Assembly (NCBI GenBank): GCA_964106915.2
Contig: OZ066914.1
Strand: one strand, 5' to 3'
DNA: 64,000 bases
Origin: Podarcis gaigeae
Taxonomy: Eukaryota
In this document: positions 53,001 to 64,000 of the stretch, in pieces
Numbering within the stretch: the stretch's first letter is position 1
How the letters are laid out: the number at the start of each line of letters is the position of its first letter
The notes under the pieces: model-generated
Told to the model about the DNA's origin: nothing
The model's input: the letters and a program-made list of their open reading frames with translations, nothing else
The model's database searches: none
Program-made: the position numbers and the translations under genes

Positions 53001-56000
53001 GTATTTCCCCCAGTTATTCTCCCCAGTGCCTGTAATCATGTCTTGAGGCTGTGCTGTGGTTTCACAAGTGATACACACCCGTGCAGTTGTTGAACTTAAT
53101 GCCTTTGTCTCCTTTACTTAAGGTGTTCATCCTGGAAGAGCTGCTCAGCCCCATTGTGACTCCCTTGATCCTCATCTTCTGTCTGAGGCCCAAAGCTCTG
53201 GAGATAATTGATTTCTTCCGCAACTTCACTGTAGAGGTGGTGGGCGTGGGAGATACCTGCTCCTTTGCCCAGATGGATGTGCGGTGGCATGGACACCCTG
53301 CGGTAGGTCCCAGTGAGGGGCAGCATCATGGACCCGACATGCCTTGCCTCGTCCTGGGTCACAAACACCCTCCAGTGCCCCTGTCCTGCCCCAGTATGCA
53401 GCTGTGGTGCTGCTCGCAGGTCAGGTCTGCAGTGCCCTTGTGTCTGCTGGCTGCTCCTAGTCCCATTGAGGCAGCTGCATGGTGTGCACAAAACACCCTG
53501 TCCCTCTCTTGTTTTGCAGTGGATGTCAGCCGGGAAGACGGAGGCTTCTGTTTACCAACAAGCCGAGGATGGCAAGACGGAGCTGTCCCTCATGCACTTT
53601 GCTATCACCAACCCACACTGGCAACCTCCTCGGGAGAGCACGGCTTTCATCGGCTTGCTTAAGGAACGTGTGCACCGCGACAGCAGCCTGGCTCTGGCCC
53701 AGCAGGCTGTCCTGCCTGACAATGCCCTCTTCACCTCCATTCAGTCCTTGCAGTCAGAATCAGAGGTACTGGGAACTAGTGTGTGGTAGAACAGGACATA
53801 ATCCTGGTTTATTGTAGGGAGAGATTTGGAGTGAACTGTTTCTTTTTTGTGGGATGGGGATAATGTTTCTATGTGGGCTTCTGGGCTCAGTGTGGAGTCA
53901 TTTGAGTGCCATGGTAGTATGGCTGCCACTGTCTCATTGTGACTTAATTAGACTACCTTTGCAAGCATGCTACTTCTGTCTCCTGTTATCTCTTCAGCAA
54001 AAGTTAGTCATACTCCCCTAAACGTTGGCACCTTCAGAGTCTCCACGTTACCCATCCTCTCTCCCTACTCCTTTATTTCCCAGTTCCTTTCCCTAGGATG
54101 TCTTATTGCTTTTCTTTCTGTATATTTTTATTGTGAAAGTTTTAAGCTTACGGAAGTCTCAAAGGTTGCAAAATGGAATTGTGACGAATCAATGAGATTC
54201 CTATTGATATTAATTGATATTGGAATCAATATTATTCAATATGATGTATAAATAACACTCAAATGTAAATGAAGTCAGACATAAATAAGCAACATCCCTC
54301 CCATCCACCCCCAGAAAGTCCTTGGTGTCTTGTGGTTACATTGTTTCAATTTCACTTATCCAACTGCAATCAAAAACCTAAGGTCCTTTTGTGTTTAGGA
54401 TCTCTTAATGTGATTAACAATCCTCTTCTCACTGAATCGCTTGTCTTTCCTATAAGAAAGGCCCCCAACACCTGTAGCATCTTCTCTTCCAAGTGTCACT
54501 ATTTAGAAAGCATTTGAACTGCTGGGGGCTGGAGATGGGTGGGCTAATTTCCAAAATTTGGAGAGAATTCAGGATCCCCATTGCAAAGGCAAAGGTGAAG
54601 TTATTTATTTTTATTAAAATAAAACCGCCCTTCATCCAAGAATCACAGGGTGATTTGCAAAGTTCAGTTGTGGTGGTGAAGCATTGAATGTAGATAGATG
54701 GGGCAGGCTTTGGATCTTCCTGCCTGGGTCACACCTCCCTCCTCTGTTCTCTCCCTGCAGCCACACAGCCTGATTGCCAATGTGATTGCAGGCTCCTCGG
54801 TCTTGGGCTACCAGGCAGTCCGTGATGGGCAGGCCTCGCGGCATCTCTCGGCTGTGTCTGAGGTGGCATCTGCTCTGCGTTCTTTCTCTCCTCTTCAGTC
54901 AACGCAGGCTGCCCACAGGAGTTCCCACACAGAAGGTTCCCAACATCGGGGTCCTGGCACAATGGCAGGCTCAGGGTAAGAAGCTGCATGTTGTAAGGGG
55001 CTAGAGGAAAAAGCCAAGAATTGAGCACCTCACCAGCACTTTACCCAGAATGCTCTGAGGACTATTTCATGAGGCTTTTCCCAGCACAGGTATACATTAC
55101 TGTGTGTTAGAGCAGGAGGCAGCCTTCTAGATGTGCCTTTGAAGCAGCAGCAAGAGCTTTTTATGCCTTTTATTACCTCCTTCCTATTGGACTCCCAATT
55201 CCCATCAGGGCCAACTAGCATGGCCAGTGGCAAAGACTGGTCACAAGCTCCCCACCCTTGGCTTAGGGTTTCCTTGTGTTTGGAGCTGAGGTTATGAGGG
55301 ATAGCTGAAAGCTATCCAGTTCTGCAAGGCTTCCCAAAAGATTGAGGTGTTCTAAACACACACTTTGCAATCCTTTTAGTTAGCAGGCTACAGCTGTGGT
55401 ATGATTGATGTCACCCTTTCTAGGCTCAGACTCGGAGGGGGGAAAGCTGCTGCAATCATACTATTGGGCTGTGGAGTGGCAAGAAGGTGCCTTCTGGACT
55501 CCAAAGTACTCTTTCTAACACATCTTGACTTGACTCTTCTCTCCCTTCTGGCTTGCAGGGTTGATGCCAGGACAGCTAGTTCTGGCAGTAGTGCCTGGGA
55601 GGGCCAGCTTCAGAGCCTGATCCTTTCAGAATATGCCTCTACTGAGATGAGTCTGCATGCACTCTACATGCATGAGGTGAGCTGAGCATCAAGAATCATG
55701 CAGGCCTTTGCAATGGGCCCTGAAGGTTCTGTGTAGACCTGCATCTTGAGACATGTGTACCTGAATGAGCACAGCAAAGGAGGATTGAATAAGCCTCTGT
55801 ACTGTGATATAGTTCCTAACCTAAGAGATAGGCCCTTCATTATACAGAAATCAGGCTGGGAGCAAAGGCCCCCTTCACTGGGCCATGATTTATGACAATT
55901 TGTGCACAACTGAAGATGAATAGAGAGTCTATAGGCTTGCAGGACGCAAGTGATGACATTCATTGACCTGTGTAGAAGCATGTGAAATTAAGGCTGTAAA

Positions 56001-58310
56001 TGTGATATTTATGTGGAGGCCTGTGATACTTGGATTGTATCAAGTCCCAAACTGGGCTTGCTTGGGACACATGTCAATATCACCATAGTGTTCTAGTTGG
56101 CTGCCCATTAATACCCCCTGCCATTCTCAGTTACACAAGCAGCATGCCCAGTTGGAGCCTGAGCGGCACTTGTGGCACCGGCGAGAGAGTGATGAGAGTG
56201 GTGAAAGCGCCCAGGAGGAGCCCGATGCTCATCAGGGCACCCCAAGCAGTGCCATTCCCCGCTCAGCCAGCTATCCTTTCGCCTCGCCTCGCCAGGCTGG
56301 TGATGAGACAGCTGCTCTGCAAGCCGGCTTCCAGCGTCGATATGGAGGTGTCTCAGGTATGTTTCAGGAACGCCAAACTCACAGTGCTTCCATATTCCTT
56401 AGCCAGAAAAGGCTTTATTTCCTGCCAAACCCTGCACATACACATGCTGGCATTTCTTGTTAACTGCAGGGCAACGAGAGAAAAAGATTAGATATCAGTC
56501 TGACATGCTGCTTGGCAGTTTTGGTGAACCCTTTTGATGACATGGCCAGTGCATCATATGTAAGAGGCAAGCCTTTGCCTGTGCTGCCTACACTCTCAAG
56601 CCTTCACTCCTTGCTGATCTGCAGCTTTGGAGCACTGGCTAGCAGTGCTACAAGAGTGGCATCATGAGTTTGGGAAGTTCAAAAATCCATTTTGCTTTCA
56701 TTGCTGCCGTTTCAGAAGGCACCATTTTCTCTGTGATTTGGGCTCTCATTTTCTTTAGTTTTGATTTCCAGAAGGCTCAATTTTCTTTGGTTATGAATTT
56801 CCAGAAGGGTAACCATGTCAGTCAATGAAAGCATGTGGCACCTTAAAGACTAATTTTTGACATATTCACACCTCATCAGATGGAGTAGACTATGGTTCAT
56901 AATAAATTTATTAGTCTTTAATGTGCCACAAGACTCTTCGTTGTTCTGGTCACAAAGCTATCAATATACTTATTTCTTTCAACAAGGGGCATGGCCAAAG
57001 CTGGCAGGGTAGGGTGTTGCTTAATGGACTTGTTTAGAGGAGCAGGTGGGAGCAAAAAGGCCAAGAGTACTTGCAAGATATTATATTTCCACTTACGCCA
57101 CTGCTTCCCAGCTACTGTATCTGTGTTGGGTGGCTGGTAATGGGGAACAGAGCAGACTGGAAGCCCCAAACAGATTTTGCAGGAAAATTTAACTTTGGCT
57201 GCCCCATCCGGCACTTATCTTTTCCTCTTTGTTTTCCCACAGACCCTGGCATGGTGCACAGAGCCCCATCACACTTCGCTCGGCTGCCACTTGGGGGGTG
57301 GGCTGAAGATGGCCAGACTGCTCGGCACCCAGAGCCTGTGCCAGAGGAGAGCTTGGAAGATGAGTTGCCACCTCAAATACACAAGGTACAGCCTGATTGA
57401 TACTTGGGCATTGGCAATGGCTGTGTCACGAAACCAGAGGAATCTGCAGTCTCTTAATGCAGCTATATGTATTACTGCACTATCATCACCAGGAGCTACC
57501 TGGCCAAAGACTAGTTAGTACAAAAATAATTTGATTTTGTGTTTGGGAAGGCTTTACTGATACGAACTAGTTGGGCTTTCAGGAACTCATACATAAAGCA
57601 GACCAAATAAACCAGGCAAGGCTATCCTGTAAACTTCCCCGTGTTCCTTGGTTGAAGGGAGAAATTTAAATTTATAAATTATAGAAAGAAAGCCATGTCT
57701 GGGTAGACTCCCCCCCCCTAAAAGTGTCATCTCAGGGTAAGAGGGAAGAGAGTAATATGAGAAGTTGAGAGAGTAAGCCAAGCTTCCTCAACCTTGGCCC
57801 TTCAGATATTTTTGGCCTACAACTCCCATGATCCCTAGCTAGCAGGACCAGTGGTCAGGGATAATGGGAATTGTAGTCTCAAAACATCTGGAGGGCTGAG
57901 GTTGAGGAAGCCTGGAGGGACAGAGAGCAATGGCAGGAATTCTGTGAAAGATCTCTAGCTTCAGTGTGCTAGCCACACACAAAAGAAGGCTGGGGGCATT
58001 TTCTGCCTTGGAAAGGGGAATTTCAGTATATGCAGCATTTCTTCCCCTCCATCAGCTGTAGCTGTCAAAATGTTCTCTTCCATATGGGTTTTAGAGGTGG
58101 AAGATCCTTATTCTCCTTTGCATGTAGTCAGCTGATATTGCTAAATGGCCTACAACGAGCTTAAAAATAAATACTGAAAGTTTCAGGAGGTGGGATCTTT
58201 CTTTGGCACAAAATCTGGAGTCTTCAGAGCTTTGCTTTGACCCAGTCTTTCTCCTCACTGTCCCCCTTCCCAAATAACTTCCTTTGCCTTCCCAATCCCT
58301 TCAGGTATAG
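47004..58310 (+). CDS. ATG9A: Autophagy-related protein 9A (lipid scramblase), 850 aa
   Basis: Coding exons: 47004-47106, 47591-47634, 48081-48145, 48467-48628, 49181-49322, 50779-51527, 52694-52847, 53123-53302, 53520-53765, 54761-54975, 55559-55676, 56131-56356, 57243-57385, 58305-58310; 2553 nt in frame. MAHFDTEYQRLE, PWHHIENLDLFFSRVYNLHQKNGF, LRHFNELDHEL, RSASYP, C-terminal HKV. Confidence 0.96.
47635..48080 (+). other. U12-type (minor spliceosome) AT-AC intron of ATG9A
   Basis: 5' end ATATCCTT, branch site TCTTTGAC at 48061-48068, 3' end CAC. Removal restores FFSR|VYNL in frame. Confidence 0.92.
49920..50720 (-). mobile_element. Degraded L2-like LINE fragment
   Basis: Resembles reversed LINE ORF2 (ggagagcattccacaa...gctttatatgtcaaa...cattgcagtaatctaacctagaggttgccagagcat); recognised by eye. 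Confidence 0.6.
54110..54590 (-). mobile_element. Possible L1/Tx1-like LINE 3' fragment
   Basis: T-rich start with tttttattg, cctcccatccaccccc block and AT-rich body typical of reversed L1-type 3' ends. Confidence 0.4.
56806..56960. mobile_element. Penelope-like fragment
   Basis: Inverted pair tgtggcaccttaaagactaa / ttagtctttaatgtgccaca, as in reptile Penelope-derived repeats. Confidence 0.5.
57778..57915. mobile_element. Palindromic MITE family copy in the last ATG9A intron
   Basis: CCAAGCTTCCTCAACCTT ... GAGGTTGAGGAAGCCTGG; near-perfect hairpin along its length. Confidence 0.8.
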
Positions 58311-60546
58311 CTGTGAAGGCTGAAGATCCCGTGTGGGCTCCACATTGTGGGCCTGCCTCAGCTGGTGGGACATTGGGCTACCCAGCCCTACAAAGTATGG
58401 GTTGGCTCAAGTCTCCATGTCCTGGACGTCAGTGCCAGAGTGAGGAAGGTGTGAAGACAGCAGTGCCTTCATCGTGGGTGGAACTCTATCCAGACATGCC
58501 TCATGCCGGTGGCACGCTAGCTGGGCATGGGCTGGATGTGTGTGTGATTACATATATTTGTCCGTGTCTGCATCCGTGTCGTCCCATGTTGGAGAACCAT
58601 CCGAGACTTGCACAGTACGCCACGGAGCGCACTACAGTGCAGGAGACTGGCATCCATACTTGCCCTGCCTGAAATATCCTGTAGCAGGAGGAGAACCTGC
58701 TGTGTGGACCCCCGTTCAGAGGCAGGAAGAGCTGTAACACTGTCCAGACTACAGCGTGTAATTAAAGATGCAATCAGGCGATAGATTTGGACTCAGGAAA
58801 AGAAGGGCTGCAAGAGATTATTTTTGTAATGGGAATGGGGCACAGGCTTCCTCCAGTGGCAGAGCCTAACTTGGATAGAAGCTTTTCACACACAAGAAGG
58901 GTGCGTATCTTCCTCCCTGCTTTACCACTCACTCACAAAGTTTGAAGCCAAGCCAAAAGAGGCACTCTTGCAGTGCCATCACCACTCATGCTGCAGGATT
59001 TTGTCTTCCTGTGGGCACAAATGATTCTACTGTTTGGGGCCACGTTTATTTCGCATCCCTCTTGCAGTATCAAAGCACAGGCTTCGCAGGGTATTGCTTC
59101 ACAGCCCGTACCAGGTTTTGCTTGAGGCAATATCTGAAATGACCAAAGTCTCCTTCAAACTTACCAAATGGCACCCAGCTCCAGACCGATGGCTCCATTC
59201 TGAGGATGCCCTTTGCTCTCACCTTGTTCATCCTGCTAGAATCAAGTATGAGGCTCTGCCCCAGGTGCTACACTTGTGGGTATGAGGGATGGGTGGAGGA
59301 AGGCGATACTTGTCTGCCCCCGCCCCCATTGTTCTATTTAAATATTTCCCAAATTCCCCATACACTTCCTGTGGGCACAAATGTTTGGGTTCTTCTCCAA
59401 GCTAGTGCTGCCCTCCTTGTGATGTCTCTTTTCTATGGATGCCTTAATGGCAAACATCCAGATCTTGTGGAAGTGCCAGCAAGAGAAGAGTTCCTATATG
59501 CCAAATATATTACCTGTCACAATCTTAAGAACTGGGGTGGGCTTCAGGTTCTTGTTGAAAGGGCTGAACCTCTCGCCTGACAAGACAAGGCGTTCTCTTG
59601 AACAGTCTACAGAAGTTCTGCTGGTTCTACTGGTTCCCCCACTTTATTACTAAAGAACACCATGCCATCGGCTCCACTGTCGTCCTCTAATTCTTATGGG
59701 CTATGTGGTCTTAGCACAACAGCAAAATACTTTTATGGTTTGCATAGCAAACATCACAAAGAATACTTTCCGGACTGCCCAGTGAAAACATTGCATCCCA
59801 AGAGGGTGTGGTACAAACCAGCCAATCATTGCTTAGGGTAATGTTAGCGCTCTTATCAGAGCTACAGGTCCCAATATGTCTTGGTTAACCCTGTGGTTTT
59901 GACTCCTTTGTCTTCTCTGTGGGGCCATTTTTTATTTTATTTTTTACACTGGCTGCTGCAACCTCCAGTAGCTGTTTGTCAAAGCTCCTGTTGTACATAG
60001 GAAAAGCATCTTGCCATTACTGTCACAGATAAAATATGCATTCTTCCTCTCTGTGGGCACAGGCCGGGTTGCATGGAGATCCCTATATGGCCTTGGAACT
60101 GACATTGTAGGTCTTGGGAGCCATGACTCTTGGGATTTCTTTTCTTCTTTGCCCTCTTTCAGAATTGAAGAGATTATTTGCACTCAGCAATGAATTGATT
60201 ACAGCTGGTAGTTCACCTGCTCTAGAAAGAATATTATGCCCAAAAAGTATACTGTACTTCCCCACGCCCTAACCTAGTTTAACAAAAGGGTGGTCATTGG
60301 TGTTGTGGGGTACATGCTAAAAGGGAAGTTGGTGGGCAGCAGCTTCAAGCTGTCAGTAGTTTAGATGTATGGCTGGTGCTGGGATTTCCCCCCGTTCTTC
60401 AGATTACTGGTGCATTTTAAGGAATTCAAAACAACTGATGATAAAATATTAATTTGCTGTCTTTCCTGCAAAATACACATCCCCTGGAGTGTAGAAAGAA
60501 TAGCTTCATAGATTGCAACTTTGCTCAGTGCTGGTTATGTACTGTT

Positions 60547-60682
60547 GGGATGGGGAACCTGTAGTTTGTGAAACTTTACTATATTACAACTCGTATCATC
60601 CCTGACCATGGAGCATGGTGGCTGGAGCTGATGGGATTTGGAGTCCAACAGCATCTGGAAAACTACAGGGCCACAGTCCCTG
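60547..60682. mobile_element. Palindromic MITE family copy in the predicted ATG9A 3'UTR
   Basis: ggggaacctgtag...tacaactcgtatcatccctgaccatgg...gctgatgggatttggagtccaacagcatctgg. Confidence 0.7.
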
Positions 60683-61003
60683 CACTACAGCGATCAGCTG
60701 CAGAGCAGCCCCATTGGCAGAGATGAGCCTGCTGCATCCTAGTGGAAATGTTACTGTACCCCTGGTCTAGCAGTGAATAAAGGGAGCGTTCTCAGCTAAA
60801 ACATGGGGTGGGTGGGAATTCTAGCTGTCATGTATTATGCTTGTCTTGATTTTGCCCCCATCTTTTTGTGCATGGTACAGCCACCTGTGGCCTCCTGTTT
60901 CGTTTGTGACACTAGAGGCTGGCCTGTGAGTTATGTGGAGCACTGCAAGTGGTTTGTAAAACAGAGCTTATGTCTGACATCCTGTACAGTACTGTATCTA
61001 CTG

Positions 61004-61009
61004 AATAAA
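61004..61009 (+). terminator. Likely main polyadenylation signal of ATG9A (alternative AATAAA at 60776-60781)
   Basis: AATAAA preceded by two TGTA elements and followed by GT-rich sequence; implies a 3'UTR of about 2.7 kb. Confidence 0.65.
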
Positions 61010-62203
61010 GAGGGGTGTTCCATTCTTTGATGGCTGTGGCCGTGCCTGTGGAATTGTCTTTCATTGTGTCTGGTAGGATCTTGTAGATCTGCTACCTACA
61101 AGATGAATCCAGGTTGATCACACAATAGTTGGCCATCATCACAATGCTTGTGCACTACTGGGGTAGTTACTATCTACTGGATTTTTGTACATATCAATAC
61201 ATGCACTGCTACAGTGCTATTTTTCAAAAGAGATATTGCAGCTCATCATGAACACTCGTGTTCTCTTAGAATGGCAATGGCGCCCACCTGAGAGGTGCCA
61301 GAACTGCGTTCCAACAAGTTCCCTCAGAAAAAAAAGCCCTAGACCGCTATAATATCCAAAAAGGCACATCTTTTCTGGCCCCACTGAATGCTGAGAAATG
61401 AGTGTGTCACATCTAGGAACAAAAATATATTTAGCATTTACCATGTGCTTAGGAGCTGTTGTTATTTTTTTTTATAGGGAACATAGCACCAGTTTGGGTA
61501 CATTTAAAGGCGTGTGCTAAATACATTCTGGTACTTTTGGGTTTATAATTCTATAGCCAAATACTGCTAAGAACTCATATGTAACAATACTGATTTTGTG
61601 TGTGAATGCAATTTTAAAATCTATTTCATTTTTTTAAAAAAAGTCAGGATGTGAGGACAGGGAGGATCAGAGGGCATCTATGCTAAATATTTAAGAATTG
61701 TGGCCATGACCTGTGGCGATTCTCTTGACCTAGACAACCTCCCTTATCCCCATCTCCATCCTTAATCTGAAGGATTAGACTGTCTTTTCTGAGGCAAGCC
61801 ACAAGAAGGCCTGCCAATATAAGGAAAGAGCTGTGCGTGGGAGTACAGTACATATACTTTGTGTCATTATTAAGATTTAAAGTTCTGACTTCTGGCTCTG
61901 GGATGCCCCTTCTTGTTGATAATCTTAATGAAACTGTCTTTATTTATAGTTTTCACATTTGTTGTAAATTGCTGAGAGTTTTCACTCCCAGCAGTATATA
62001 AACTTTGTTAAATAAAAAGCCCATAATATCTGCATACAATGAAACTGTAAGACAAGCTGATTTTAATAAATAACTAGCAAATTAAAACAAAACAAACTAG
62101 TCATTTTTACTGCTTAAAAATAGTCCTAGGAAATCATTGTATCAGGGTTGCATCAGGATCTAAAAAGAGGTATAACCCAATACTATGAATATCTATTCTA
62201 ATT

Positions 62204-62205
<2 letters not shown>

Positions 62206-62247
<42 letters not shown>
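62206..62247. repeat. (AAT)14 microsatellite
   Basis: Read directly. Confidence 0.95.
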
Positions 62248-62689
62248 TTAACAAATTATTTCAGTGAAAGTTACTGACACAATTGGGTTTGCTTATTTAT
62301 TTATTACAACATTTATATCCTACTGTATACTGGTGCCAGGGCACCACTCTGCAGCTGACAGCTTTAAAATTACTGGTTTCATAAAACTCAGGTAGTTAAC
62401 TTGTCCAAGATGAAATTCATAAAGATGGATACCTACTGGGTAGTGACGGCGGCAAAAGGCACTCCAAAGGCTCTCACGTGCACTCTGTTCCTTTCGCGTC
62501 TTAGATATTTCAGAGCAGAGACTTTATGAGCCTTGGCTCAATTAAGCTTTGAATGGAATGCGACAGTTAGAGTCACAGCGGTGCCCCTATCCTTCTCTAA
62601 ACAGCTCTGCATGATATCCTCACAACAACCTTGTGAGGCAGAGAAAAAGTGATAGGCTGAAGTTCGCACACTTTCCCCCGAGGCTGCTT

Positions 62690-63600
62690 TTTTTTTTTGC
62701 CGCCGCCGCCGCACCTTTAGCAAACTGAACCCGGGTTCAAAGCCACACTCGGACGCACGCTCGTTTGCGATGTCTACACACATGCTTAGAATTGTGCTGA
62801 CTCATTCCACTTCGGTATCCTGGTTTTAGACTGCGGAGGTACAAACGCGAAGGAGCGGGATCGGGGTGGCGCTGGCCCATGATAAATTTGAAGGCAGCAC
62901 CTGCCCTCGATCGTCCCACCTTCGCAACCCGCGTCGTGCGCTCTTGCTCGGCAGGAAATAAATAAGAGCAGCGGCCCGGAGCTTGAGCACCTGTGTTGGA
63001 ACGCGCGGGCGCTAGGACCCAGACGGAATCTGCCTAACAGTGTTGGGGAAAGGCGGCGCTAGGACCCCGGGGGCGCCGATCGGGCCTGCCGCGGCTCCCG
63101 AAGCTCGGCTGCGGACGCGCCGCTGCACATTGGCCGAGCCAACCGGGCGGTGGGGAGAGTGGGTGGGCTGGACTGACGAGACCCGAGCAGGCAAGTAGAC
63201 GTTGGTGGGAGAAGGGGGCAGGCGGGTGGGATGGAGGGGAAGCGAGCGGCGGCGGCCCCTTTGCTGCCTCTTCGCCGGCTGGCAGCCCAGAGAGGCGGCA
63301 GGGGGCGGGGGGAACACAGCCCCATGGCTTGATCTCCTCCACCTCCTCCTCCTATGCCCGAGCCCATTGCCAAGCAGCCAGGCCTGTTGCCCATAGTGCG
63401 TGGGGTAACAGGCGTAGGCAGCGAGGGTGGGTGCTCAGCACCGTCTCCTCCTCGCTGTGCTCCCCGGGGTGCCCTTGAATCAGGAAGCTGGCGGCTTCTG
63501 CCTGGGAAAGTTCACCGCTTGGAAAGTGGGAACACACAGCAGCTGGACCCGGGGAGGGCAGGAATCCAAAGCGCCACTCGAGGGCGCGGAGTGTAGTCAT
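62690..63600 (+). promoter_or_regulatory. CpG island, probable promoter and first exon of the next gene (ABCB6 expected from synteny)
   Basis: CpG-dense, inverted CCAAT at ~63129, GC boxes, candidate donor CAG|GCAAGT at 63190/63191. No ABCB6 coding sequence recognised, so the identity rests on synteny only. Confidence 0.6.
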
Positions 63601-64000
63601 AACAACACGGTGATGATGTGCTATTTTGATATCGTGCATCAGAAAGAACGAATTAAAAAAGCAAAGCAAAACCCACGGAGAGGTGTGGAGGAAGGCATCA
63701 GAAATATCCGCTGAGGATATTCATGGAGGAAAAGGCTATATCAGTGGCCCTTAAAAAAAGAAGACAAGTTTCTAGCATTTGGGAAAGTAGCTCAGGGTTT
63801 ATTTGTGTATTAAAAGCTGTGGGGCAGAGGGAAGATAGCTGAGCAAAAACTTCAGTGCATTGCATCCATTCTAGTAGCACCAGCACTGTAAATTACGGTA
63901 TGCCAGCCAGCAAATTGATGCAAATATGTTTAATTTGTTAAAAAATTGTCCAAGATTGGTGACTGCTCTCATGCCTGCATAGTGTGTGTGTGTGTGTGTG

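Noticed and set aside
52488-53078. 196-aa antisense ORF and similar antisense ORFs over TUBA4A, STK16 and ATG9A exons
   Set aside because: Shadows of coding exons caused by codon bias; no independent gene signals.
62737-63714. ORFs in the terminal CpG island as ABCB6 coding exon 1
   Set aside because: None resembles the ABCB6 N-terminus; typical CpG-island artefacts.

Overview
Vertebrate genomic DNA. The repeat landscape suggests a squamate reptile, probably a lizard (inference). Gene order and orientation match the human 2q35 cluster: TUBA4A (+, first exon outside the window), STK16 (-), GLB1L (+), ANKZF1/Vms1 (-), ATG9A (+), then a CpG island where the ABCB6 promoter is expected. I rebuilt all five multi-exon CDSs by hand with consistent splice phases and intact frames (STK16 305 aa, GLB1L 630 aa, ANKZF1 ~688 aa, ATG9A 850 aa). 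STK16/GLB1L and ANKZF1/ATG9A are head-to-head pairs on shared CpG islands. Introns carry LTRs, hAT and Tc1/pogo MITEs, a palindromic MITE family and LINE fragments. I see no new protein-coding system. The most interesting signal is a stack of predicted post-transcriptional controls on ATG9A: a U12-type AT-AC intron, a uORF-rich 5'UTR exon followed by a (UG)13 tract, an overlapping out-of-frame uORF, a final intron whose retention would mask the PDZ-binding tail, and repeats or hairpins in the 3'UTR. ANKZF1 has a GC-AG intron, and STK16 and GLB1L have uORFs. Repeat family names and comparisons with human genes are from memory, not database searches.
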